DNA of 63,645 nt, filler included, from Octopus bimaculoides (Eukaryota): the NCBI RefSeq assembly GCF_001194135.2. It is 8 parts of 7 records of this genome, joined end to end, with 100 filler letters (N's around TTAATTAATTAA, not from the genome) between each part and the next. Parts side by side here need not be neighbours in the genome. Positions count along the whole stretch, not along the records: positions 1 to 31,319 come from NC_068993.1; 7 more parts are not named here. The stretch is one strand, 5' to 3'. The number at the start of each line of letters is the position of its first letter. Within the stretch, counting starts at the first letter, position 1. Below, in pieces: positions 12,721-24,436 of this stretch. Made by a program: the position numbers and the translations under genes. Under the pieces are notes generated by a model. It had not been told where the DNA came from. It saw only the letters and a list, made by a program, of their open reading frames with translations, and made no database searches.

Positions 12721-13100
12721 TGAAATGTATGCTGACTAGAAAGAAAGGTTTCCAGAATTGCAATGGATTTAGAAAAGATTACAAAACCTCTGAATAGCTC
12801 TTGCAGTTTCTACATGGAGTAAAGCATCTGTGATGTTTATTTCACCTATTTTGATCAGATTTTACATGCATGTGTAAGAAAAATTTTTATTATTTGAACT
12901 ACTAATGAAAAGATAAAGAAAATTCAGCAAAGTACTGCTATGTTGAGAAGTGTTTGAAAATGTAATATTAATGTCATTGTGTGAGATATATCTACCATTT
13001 GATTAAAGTAAATCTCAGAGATTATGTCTATCTGGAGCAGGCAATTAGGAAACAACCTTACGTAATCTTCCATATTAGACACTATTCATGTCATAATACT

Positions 13101-13305
13101 CTCTTTTACTCATTTACTTGCTTCAGTCATTTGACTGCAGCCATGGTGGAGCACTGCCTTTTAGTCGAGCAATGGAACCCGGGACTTATTCTTTGTAAGC
13201 CTAGTACTTATTCTATCAGTCCCTTTTGCTGAACCGCTAAGTGACGGGGACATAAACACACCAGCATCAGTTGTCAAGCAATGCTAGGGGGACAAACACA
13301 CACAT

Positions 13306-13342
<37 letters not shown>

Positions 13343-13514
13343 CATATATACAACGAGCTTCTTTCAGTTTCCGTCTACCAAATCCACTCACAAGGCTTTG
13401 GTCGGCCCGAGGCTATAGTAGAAGACACTTGCCCAAGGTGCCATGCAGTGGGACTGAACCCGGAACCATGTGGTTGGTAAGCAAGCTACTTACCACACAG
13501 CCACTCTTGCGCCT
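13101..13514 (-). mobile_element. Full-length tRNA-derived SINE, family 1
   Basis: tRNA-like head, central ccttgggcaagtgtcttctactatagc block, internal microsatellite and (aaagagt) tail. Homologous to many other copies in the window. Confidence 0.9.
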
Positions 13515-13987
13515 AATAGTCCATATTCCAAAAATAGTAGAGTTTGAAATAGACAATCTCTTGTTGACTACAAGAGTTTTCATGGTGTTATACAATAGAC
13601 ATTCCTGTTGCATTCATAGAAGCACCATTGAATTTTAAGTGTCAACCAACTTGAATTAAACCATTTCCTAGATTCATGAGTGAAAGCAAACAGTGTGGTG
13701 CTGTTAAATAATAATGTCCTAATCAGTTTTATGCACAACTGCAGTAAGGGTTATGTAGGTACCTTGGAGGAGTTTACCTTTCGAATGATGCCACCCACCT
13801 GACTAGGTGAGCAGGCCAACATTTCCCTGATTAGAAGGCTATTCTCTTGCAGGATTACCTATTTGTAGCTGAGTAGACTAGAGCAACTTGAAATGAAATG
13901 TTTTATTCATGAACACAATGAAAGGTAAACTCCTCCAAGGTACCTACATAACACTTACTGTATGAGATTCAAATATACTCAGCTCTA

Positions 13988-14155
13988 TCATCATCATCAT
14001 CATCCTCATCGTTTAACGTCCGCTTTCCATGCTAGCATGGGTTGGACGATTTGACTGAGGACTGGTGAAACCAGATGGCAACACCAGGCTCCAATCTAAT
14101 TTGGCAGAGTTTCTACAGCTGGATGCCCTTCCTAACGCCAACCACTCAGAGAGTG
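13988..14155 (-). mobile_element. RTE-type 3' end with (GAT)n tail
   Basis: Same family as the tails at 9255-9453 (+), 49760-49900 (-), 57440-57560 (+) and 62330-62390 (+). Confidence 0.75.
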
Positions 14156-15113
14156 TTGGCATTAGGAAGGGCATCCAGCTGTATGCATGTGCAATTGAGA
14201 CACAGGGACTGAGTTAACTCATTTTTGATCATGGAGTACCTCCTGGAATTCTCCACATTTCATATGATGCAAGACATGTTTTATTTTTTGCAGGCCAACA
14301 GAAAGGGGATGCAAGAATTGGTTTGCATTTGATTAGAGTGTTACATCAACAGCAACAATCTAGTCAGCAGTTAAGACAAGATGAACTTCAGCTTTAGGAG
14401 TAAAGTATTTTTCCTGTTATTGCGCCATTGTGTGTTTTAGTTTGTGATGTATTCATATTCATTACCCAAATAAAATCTTCCAAGAATGCTATTTCTATTT
14501 TGTCTCACTAAGCTGACATCTTCAGAGAAGTTAGCTTTCTCACTTTCTGTAATACAGGATTGGCTCTGGCATTTTGTATCTTGCAACTACAGTTAAACTT
14601 ATTTAAATTTAACATGAAGCAAACCTCTATGATCAATGAAGCATTTAGTTTTTGTATTATTAATTTAGGATTGTTTAAAGAATACATTTTTATATATTAA
14701 GAACATAAGCACATACTCAGAGACATACGCATATGTATACATATATATGTACGTATGCATATATTAAATAGAAACATAAAGAGAGGCTGACAAGCTGTAA
14801 TGGGAAAAGGAATATAAAAATAAGAGACATGTTTGTTTTTCCCCTTTTATCATAACCATTTATGCTTAAATTTAATATACAGAAAAGTAGATTATAATTC
14901 TTAAGCAGTCTATTAAGTGTTTATTTAAGTTCTAGTAAGATGTCAATGATTTTATTTGCAAAATATAACCTGAAACAATAAGGTGGTAAATATGTCTTTC
15001 TACTTAAAGTCAATTTGATAAATTTTACATACACAGCATGATATGTGTGTGTGTAAGTGTGTGCATGTGTGCATGTATATTATATATATGTATCTATGTA
15101 ATATATATATATG

Positions 15114-15145
<32 letters not shown>

Positions 15146-15760
15146 TATAAGAACCAGTCCAGGGGCACGTTGCCAGTGCCCCTGNNNNNNNNNNNNNNNN
15201 NNNNNNNNNNNNNNNNNNNNNNNNNNNNNNNNNNNNNNNNNNNNNNNNNNNNNNNNNNNNNNNNNNNNNNNNNNNNNNNNNNNNNNNNNNNNNNNNNNNN
15301 NNNNNNNNNNNNNNNNNNNNNNNNNNNNNNNNNNNNNNNNNNNNNNNNNNNNNNNNNNNNNNNNNNNNNNNNNNNNNNNNNNNNNNNNNNNNNNNNNNNN
15401 NNNNNNNNNNNNNNNNNNNNNNNNNNNNNNNNNNNNNNNNNNNNNNNNNNNNNNNNNNNNNNNNNNNNNNNNNNNNNNNNNNNNNNNNNNNNNNNNNNNN
15501 NNNNNNNNNNNNNNNNNNNNNNNNNNNNNNNNNNNNNNNNNNNNNNNNNNNNNNNNNNNNNNNNNNNNNNNNNNNNNNNNNNNNNNNNNNNNNNNNNNNN
15601 NNNNNNNNNNNNNNNNNNNNNNNNNNNNNNNNNNNNNNNNNNNNNNNNNNNNNNNNNNNNNNNNNNNNNNNNNNNNNNNNNNNNNNNNNNNNNNNNNNNN
15701 NNNNNNNNNNNNNNNNNNNNNNNNNNNNNNNNNNNNNNNNNNNNNNNNNNNNNNNNNNNN

Positions 15761-15811
<51 letters not shown>

Positions 15812-15812
15812 G

Positions 15813-16034
15813 AAGGTTTGCTGCCTAGTGTTTGGGGTGTTGCACTCATGATCACTAGGTCATGGGTTCGATTCCTGGATCTGTCGGTGCATTGTGTTCA
15901 TGAGTGAAACATTTCATTTCAAGTTGCTCTAGTCTACTCAGCAACAAATAGGTAATCCTGCAAAAAAATAGCCTTCTAATCAGGGAAATGATGGCCTGCT
16001 CACCTAGTCAGGTGGGTGCATCGTTCAAAAGGTA
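15813..16034 (+). mobile_element. tRNA-derived SINE, family 3
   Basis: B box GGTTCGATTCC. The body is an inverted homologue of 13775-13920. Confidence 0.75.
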
Positions 16035-16342
16035 TGTATATACCTACATCTATATGTATACATACATGCATGTATGGGTACAGGATATCAAAAAAACGTT
16101 AAACACAATGCACCACGCATCCTTTTCCAAGTTTTATCTGTATATATATATTTAGGGAATCCAAACAAAGAAGAATAAACAAGAAAAAACGATAATGCAA
16201 GTATTGTATTATCAGACGCTCAGGAAAGGAAAGAAAGAGGATTTTATGTTCGAGTAAAGCTCCTCTTCAGAAATAAAAAAGTCCAAAAGAAGGAAAGACA
16301 GAGGAAGAAAATCACCAACAATACACATGTGGTTACATTTTG

Positions 16343-16371
<29 letters not shown>

Positions 16372-16373
<2 letters not shown>

Positions 16374-16532
16374 CGATGAGCTTCTTTCAGATTCCGTCTA
16401 TGAAATCCACTCACAGTGCTTTAGTCGGCCTGAGGCTATAGTAGAAGAAACTTGTCCAAGGTGTCACAGTAGGACTGAACCTGGAACCATGTGACTGGCA
16501 AGCAAGCTTCTTACCACACAGTCACTCCTATT
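16372..16532 (-). mobile_element. SINE family 1, 5' half
   Basis: Homologous to the head and centre of 13101-13514. Confidence 0.8.
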
Positions 16533-16666
16533 CCTATATAGATTTATTTAACTATGTTAATCCAGTCATATGTACATGTTTGAGAATATTGTGAAAAGAA
16601 GAAGAGAAAAGAAAAATCACAGTGAAGATATGAAGGAATTGGTGTTGAAAGAGCAACGTAGCTTTG

Positions 16667-16680
16667 GTTGCTATAGCAAC
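16667..16680. promoter_or_regulatory. RFX X-box palindrome GTTGCTATAGCAAC
   Basis: Perfect match to the GTHNYYATRRNAAC consensus. GCAAC half-sites lie at ~16653 and ~16693. A strong plus-strand donor CAG|GTAAGA is at 16727/16728. Confidence 0.6.
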
Positions 16681-18288
16681 TGCAGTTTTGAAGCAACATA
16701 GAAGCTCACCTACCAAGAAGCTATCAGGTAAGAAATGGATTGGATTTCTCAATTAAAAATACAATCAGTTTTAGAAACATTTTGTTAAAATAATTTAGGC
16801 CTGGTCTCTTTAGTGTTTATTAAATCTCACAAATTAAGTGAAATATTATTAACAAAAAAAAAAAAATTGTTTAAGGGGAGATTACTTATCACAGCCATTT
16901 GCCATTGTGAAAAATATGTTCAGGAGCTGGTTATGTTACGGTTTTGATGGAAAGAGATATGATTTGAAATCATTATTGAATATGTTTGAGTTCTACGTAA
17001 TATTACATTTGTTTTTTTAACATTGATCATTCAGAAATCATTAAATATTAGACACCACCTTTGTAAACAATAAAGGACAGCTAAAATGGATAAAAATAAC
17101 ATTTCTTTTCTTCTTTTTACAATGAAATAATATTAGTATCAATATTTAGGTGGTAAATCTACTGAATTTTTAGTATTTCAGACAAAATGTTTAGCAATAT
17201 TTTTCCAGGTTCTTTATGCTCTAAGTTCAAATAACTTTACCTTTAATCATTTCAGGGCTGATAACAAAAAATACTAATCGAGTCCTGAGGTCAATGTAAT
17301 CAACTAACTTCCTGCTCCCTAAAATTGCTAGCTTTGTACCTAAATTCAAAACATTATTATTATTGTAGACAAGGTTGTTGGCTTGGCAGAATAACTCTGG
17401 GATCAACAAAGCTTCAACCATTCTCATTGTCAGGAGGTAACTGAGAGATCCAAGACACTCAAAAGTCAGCAAAAATAATGTAAACTAGATCAGCAAAAAG
17501 TCACTCCTCACAACAGCATTTGAATATCTACTTAAGAGGATGGGAACTGAACGGAAGACTACTGACTTTCAAAAACTAAAGTGACCTCTCACAAAAAAGA
17601 AAAGAGCAATCGATAAGTCTTTAAAAAGATATGAGGAGTATACCTTCCAGTGAGGAATCTCTCCCCAGTGAAACAGCCTTCTCTCGGGAAAAGAGCTAAT
17701 CTCTTATGAAAGGGAGTTCATCTTCTGAGGGATCCATTTCCTGCACAAATGAAATGAATATCACAACCACTCAAAAGGTCAATGAAGAATTGATAAAACC
17801 TTACAGAAAATGTGCACTGGCAATCCAGATGAAGTGCTGATTGAGCAGGAGAGATGAGACTACAAAAGGAAATTGTGAGCAGTGAAGAATGTGCTCTCCT
17901 CCAGTGAATTTGTCAAAAGATGTCTCACTGTGGTGAAAATAGTTAGGACAAATGAAATTACTCTAAAAAATGGGTGCAAAGATTGGAGAATGGGCGCAAA
18001 GATTGGATTGCTAGTGTTCTTGGTGGTCAGCATGATATTGAAACTGTAGGCTTCCTTGCTTGACTCTAGATAGAGGCTCCCCTCTATAAAGAGGAATGTA
18101 TTCTCTCTATATTCACATGGTTTCTATATATTTGCCACTCATTTCTCCCATAACAACCAATTCTTACCACATTTTCTTTTCACCTGATTGTATATGTAAA
18201 CTCACACAAAATTTGCTATCTATCTTTGTAATGTCACTCTCATCTGGCAAATTAAAAAAATCATCACCATTATTATTATTATTATTAT

Positions 18289-18682
18289 TGTTCAGTAGTT
18301 TTATTTTAATAACGTGCTTTCACTTCACTACCGAGCACAGCTCTGTGCGCCTTGGGTATGTGCTGTGGTTTGCTGTGATGCTCTTATGGTTACTGTATTG
18401 AAAGTGTTTTGCGTAGAATGTGTGCAGTACCCAGTAGTGCAATTTTCTATATGTTATATATATTTGTAAGTCCTGGTGTTTTTGTTATGTATTTGTCTGA
18501 ATATTTTTTTATTATACCTAAGGCACCTACTATGATAGGAATTGTTTCTGTTTTTAGATTCCACATTCGAGTTACCTCTATTTCCAGGTCTTTGTATTTT
18601 GAAAGTTTTTCCATTTCTTTTAGGGAAATGTTGTCATCTGCTGGTATTGATATATCAATTAGAAAGCATTTTTTTTGTTCAT
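18289..18682 (-). mobile_element. R4/Dong-like non-LTR retrotransposon 3' end with restriction-like endonuclease
   Basis: CFLIDISIPADDNISLKEMEKLSKYKDLEIEVTRMW..IPIIVGALG..LLGTAHILRK*, then a 3' UTR and an (AAT)n tail. Confidence 0.88.
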
Positions 18683-19273
18683 TTGTATTATTATTATTAT
18701 TATTACTATTATTATTATTGTTACTGTTGCTGTTATTATTATTATCATTATTATTATTATTATTAAGTCAGAGATCAGCACATGCCATCAAAGTGACACT
18801 GGGATACAAATATATGAAGCCCAACATACACATCATGACTACCCATTTGATAAGGGTACAACAGACACATGCGTCACAACTACAGGTGTGTGGCATGATG
18901 ATCTCTTATCAAGATAAACAGGGCATGACCTTGTAGGTGGGGCCTAGTTAGAAATTTCTTCAGGTTGAGTAGTCCATCCTGTTCAAAAGGTCCCTAAATA
19001 AGATTTGTTTAAGGATGATTAATAGAACACCCATATTTTCAAGGGGGAACTATTCAAACCTCAAAGAATTCTTCTCAACACATGGCTATGATGCTCTCTG
19101 CTACTCCTTCTCATAACCGGTGATGCACATATTGTCAGTTATTAAGGGACATGCTAAACTGGTTAAAGGCCAAGCAACTGACAAACAAATATGCAGTATT
19201 GAGCAGAATATTTCCTGTAGTTCATCTTTTACACCAAGGCATTATTATTAAAAAAACATCATCACCATTATCA

Positions 19274-19340
<67 letters not shown>

Positions 19341-20017
19341 NNNNNNNNNNNNNNNNNNNNNNNNNNNNNNNNNNNNNNNNNNNNNNNNNNNNNNNNNNNN
19401 NNNNNNNNNNNNNNNNNNNNNNNNNNNNNNNNNNNNNNNNNNNNNNNNNNNNNNNNNNNNNNNNNNNNNNNNNNNNNNNNNNNNNNNNNNNNNNNNNNNN
19501 NNNNNNNNNNNNNNNNNNNNNNNNNNNNNNNNNNNNNNNNNNNNNNNNNNNNNNNNNNNNNNNNNNNNNNNNNNNNNNNNNNNNNNNNNNNNNNNNNNNN
19601 NNNNNNNNNNNNNNNNNNNNNNNNNNNNNNNNNNNNNNNNNNNNNNNNNNNNNNNNNNNNNNNNNNNNNNNNNNNNNNNNNNNNNNNNNNNNNNNNNNNN
19701 NNNNNNNNNNNNNNNNNNNNNNNNNNNNNNNNNNNNNNNNNNNNNNNNNNNNNNNNNNNNNNNNNNNNNNNNNNNNNNNNNNNNNNNNNNNNNNNNNNNN
19801 NNNNNNNNNNNNNNNNNNNNNNNNNNNNNNNNNNNNNNNNNNNNNNNNNNNNNNNNNNNNNNNNNNNNNNNNNNNNNNNNNNNNNNNNNNNNNNNNNNNN
19901 NNNNNTATAGACATATATGTGTATGCATGTATATGTGTGTGTATGTGTTTGTGTGTATATATATATATATGTATATATATGTATATATATATATAAAACA
20001 AATAATAAATGAGTATA

Positions 20018-20087
<70 letters not shown>

Positions 20088-20581
20088 TACATACATACAT
20101 ACATACAGCCATAGGGAATTTCGTTATTACAAATAACGAATTTCAAAACTATATTATTGAAAATATTTTGTGCGGAATATACACTGTATCTTATATGTAG
20201 CTTTTATTTTTACTTCCTTCAATTATTAGACATCCACTCTGTTGAAGAACTTTAGTTGAGTGAATCAATCGCAATACTTTTTTTTAAAGCCTGGTACTTA
20301 TTCTGTTGGCGTCTTTTTCCGAACCGCTAAGTTATGGGTTTGACAAAGCCAGCACCGGTTATCAAGTGCTAGTTGGGACAGATAAGGACACGAATACAAA
20401 CACAATTACATACATGCACACACACATCCGTGCACATATGTGTGTGTGTGTGTCATTATTCAGTTTTATTTCAAGAGTTCTTGCCAATAGAGAAAGAGCC
20501 AACCTCTAACCTAGATTCAAGCCACCTTCAATAGAATTTCAACATCAACAGGGTATTTCTGTATGCATGTATGTATGTATA

Positions 20582-20798
20582 CTCTCTTTTACTCTTTTAC
20601 TTGTTTCAGTCTTTTGACTGTGGCCATGCTGGAGCACCGCCTTTAGTCGAGCAAATCGACCCCAGGTCTTATTCTTTGGAAGCCTAGTACTTATACTATC
20701 GGTCTATTTTGCCGAACCGCTAAGTTATGGGAACATAAACACACCAGCATCGGTTGTCAAGCGATGTTGGGGGGACAAACACAGACATACAAACACAT

Positions 20799-20832
<34 letters not shown>

Positions 20833-21004
20833 ATATATACGACGGGCTTCTTTCAGTTTCCGTCTACCAAATCCACTCACAAGGCATTGGTCGGCCCGAG
20901 GCTATAGTAGAAGACACTTACCCAAGATGCCACGCAGTGGGACTGAACCCGGGACCATGTGGTTGGTAAGCAAGCTACTTACCACACAGCCACTCCTACG
21001 CCTG
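20582..21004 (-). mobile_element. Full-length SINE, family 1
   Basis: Colinear with 13101-13514. Confidence 0.9.
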
Positions 21005-21089
21005 TATGTGTATGTGTATGTGCAGATTTGTATGCTTTATTTTATGTATGTATTCTCATGCTTATAGTTGCATATCTAGACGCACTTAT

Positions 21090-21665
21090 ATACTTAAATG
21101 ATAAACCTGTGGAAAGTTCTACAGATTTTTACAGTTCTAGTGATGGCCTGAATCTGTAGTCTTCAAATCAGCTTCCTTCTTGCTGGTTTTGAGAAGCTTA
21201 ATTTCTCAAGATTATTACTTAGTAATCAAGATTAGTACTTGTAATCTGGATAGAGTAACTGTAGATTTCTCAATAGTTCAGTGTAGGTATTTTCTTTATC
21301 GATGATCTTTAGATTTACGTTAATATCTGCTGGACAGCTGATTTCCACAACTGTACATAGTTTCTGTTCTCAAACCCAAATAACTATGTCAGACCTGTTA
21401 TGTTTACATTTTATTGAGGTATTCACTGGGACATTCCACCAATAATCTTTCTTATTATGAGTAGCTATGGCTTCTACCATACTGTGGGCTCTTATTTGTT
21501 TGGCCTCTGGGTTATCCTTCGGCTGGATCTCATTATACAGTGTCTTAGCTATAACATCATGTCTCTTTAGTAGATAAACCATGATGATATTTTCGACAAC
21601 TGCTTATGATTAGGGTGATATCTTCCTTGTTAAGTCCACAAAGTCTGCATCAGTTATCGTATTTT
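21090..21665 (-). mobile_element. RLE-type non-LTR retrotransposon 3' end (zinc knuckle plus PD..D/E nuclease)
   Basis: CRLCG..EDI..IISSC, RHDVIAK, WWNVPV..KHNRSDIV and VVEISCPAD.N..K...KEN.Y motifs. Confidence 0.85.
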
Positions 21666-22122
21666 GGTGCTATCCCCGCGTCTCTATCCCTTTTGTGCAT
21701 TAGATATGCATGTATGTATGTCATTATTCGGTTTATTTCACGATTTCTTGCCAATAGAGAAAGAACCGGTTTCTAACCTAGATCCAAGGCCCCTTCATTG
21801 GAATTTCAACATCAACAGGGCATTTCTGTATGTATGTATGTATGTATGTATGTATGCATGTATGTATGTATGTATGTATGTAGGATAACAGGAACTTATC
21901 ATATGCTTAACAGATTCCTCTTTCTCATTACATACCCTGCACTTTACACTTTTTGGAAGATTAGTCTAGTTTTGTTTTAACGATATTCGTCCACAACGAT
22001 TGGCTTTGAGCAGCCATTATGAGTTCTTCCATTTCGTTCTTAAGTTCTCCAAAAGTCCTTCATCATCATCATCATCATCATTACTACTATTATTACTATT
22101 ATTATTATTATTATTATTATTA

Positions 22123-22156
<34 letters not shown>

Positions 22157-22157
<1 letters not shown>

Positions 22158-22368
22158 GGGTGGTGAGCTGACAGAATCGTTAGCATGCCGGACTAAATGC
22201 TTAGCGGTATTTTGTCCGTCTTTACATTCTGAGTTCAAATGCCACCGAAGTCCATTTTGCCTTTTATACTTTCTGAGTCGATAAAATAAGTACCATTTGA
22301 GTGCTGGGGCCAATCTAATCGAATTTATCTGCTTATAAATTTCGGGTCTTGCGCCTATAGCAGCAAAT
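22157..22368 (+). mobile_element. tRNA-derived SINE, family 2
   Basis: ggcgagctggcagaatcgttagc-type head and gagttcaaat B-box-like motif; many homologous copies. Confidence 0.85.
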
Positions 22369-24436
22369 GTCATTATTATGATCGTTATTGCTCTTTACTT
22401 TTGTGTCTGAAATATAAACATTCTTTACAATACTCTTTTCACAGTAAACTCAATATTCTTAAATCAAATTTCGTCAAATTAACAAATTTACAACTAACTT
22501 TTTCAAATGTATGTGTGTATATTTGTATTCGAAAGATAGTATGAGAATAAATTTCAAAAAATATTCCGCATGACAAAGAGGGGAAAATTCTGACAGATTT
22601 CACGAACAAATAAGCGAGATCAGAAGCAGAAATTCATTACAAAATGGGAAGAAAAAACATTAGAATGAGAGAGAGTCTGGCGAAGAAGAGGAGAAAAAAG
22701 CTTAAAACAATATCAAGACACACCTAAATGAATACAACTTTCTGCTTGACAACAGATTTAATCATTATAAAGAAGTGCAAAAAAATGTAAGGAAAAAAAA
22801 TCAAACAACACCTTATCAATAGGCAAAGCAAAAAACACAAAGATGAGAACGTGTGTGTGTGTGTGTGTTTACGTGCGCGTGTGTGGAAGATAGATTACTC
22901 CCAAGACTGCATTTGTTTTATCTTGTAATTCGTTGGAGTAATCTTCTAGGAGTTTACTCTCACGGACTGCAAACTAAATCAAGTGTCTTTTCCTATGTAA
23001 TCTAGCGTTCTTCGGTTAAAGTATCTATATATTATATTCTATTCCGTTTGAAACCGGTATTCAGCTCGGTATACGCTAGTAGCATAAAATTAAAATAACC
23101 ATCTTTATATCATACTTAATGTATATACATCGCTGACAGGCGAGTTACTGTTGATTTCGTTCGAGATGAAATCTCTTCTGGACGCAGTGTATTAAAAACA
23201 CAATAGTATATCTGAAGAACACGAACATTTTTCCCGCCAGTGGCTAGCGAGAATGCTTTTAGCAATTCGACCTTTTGGGGCCCTGTCATTGCCAAGTGCT
23301 CGCAGCCATATGCATACGCGAAATTTGTCGCCTCCAGTATAAAGGAGAAAGTGAATAAATTCACTGATATTGTGAATAGCCGCCGGGCTAAATAGCAACT
23401 CGGTGTGTGCAATTGAAACAAGATTAAACTGTGTTTTTGAAGACACCACGTCTACATAAGACTTTTTCTCAGAATGAATACCATAGTAACTGGTTTATCA
23501 ACAGTGTACATACATTAAGTATGATACATAGATAGTATTAAACACCTTTCTCTCAATTGGGTGGTTATTTGTTCCAACAAACACATCCTCTTGTGTCCAT
23601 ACATACAAACGCATGCACACATATGAATGTATGTATGCATGTATACACACACAAACACATACATATATAAACATAGATATATAATTCGGGAATAGGAGTA
23701 GGGTACTGCCCAGTACATATTACATTAAGTATATGTCGGTTTAATATTCATTTATTCATAAAGGCAAACACACTATAGTGAAGATCTTACCAAATGTGGT
23801 ATATATTTCAATGGTGCATTTGCTAATCTGTGGTGACATATACTCAAGGAATAGGACTAGCTATCACAAGAAAGTAGACACACCGAAATATGCTAGAGAA
23901 AACACCAAAATATATAGAAATTAGAAAGAAATTTGTTCACATACATATTTAACTTAGCAGCACATTCAAAGCAAAGAGACCGATAGAATAAGTATCAAGC
24001 TTAAAAAATTAAGTACTGGGTTTGATTTTTTTCGGCTAAAATCCTTCAAATTGGTTCCCCAGTATGGGCCGCAATTCAATGACTAAGACAAGTAAAATAT
24101 AAACGATAATATATTTATTNNNNNNNNNNNNNNNNNNNNNNNNNNNNNNNNNNNNNNNNNNNNNNNNNNNNNNNNNNNNNNATATATATATATATATATG
24201 TATACATATATATATATATATATTATTGTTTATGTATATATATGTTTATCATCGTTTATATATATAAGAGAGAGAGATGCACGTGTGTATGTTTGTATGT
24301 ATGTTTATACGTATGTATAGGATGATGTATAGAATTGATCTAGAATTGAATTAATATTTGTGAAAAATTCTAGTATCACTGTTCATTAATGAGACCAAGA
24401 AATAATCACTCTCTCTCTCTCTAGCACATGAAGGTT

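Noticed and set aside
14294-14397. Plus-strand exon-like frame GQQKGDARIGLHLIRVLHQQQQ...*
   Set aside because: Only 33 codons and an acceptor; within chance expectation.
17520-18090. Coding-like purine-rich stretch ending in aaagaggaa-TGTA (possible PPT/LTR start)
   Set aside because: Multiple stops in all frames, no recognisable motif and no matching LTR end.
21730-21815. Repeat (also at 20460-20560) with GAAACCGGTT on the minus strand
   Set aside because: The upstream core reads CCAATGA and stem I does not pair.
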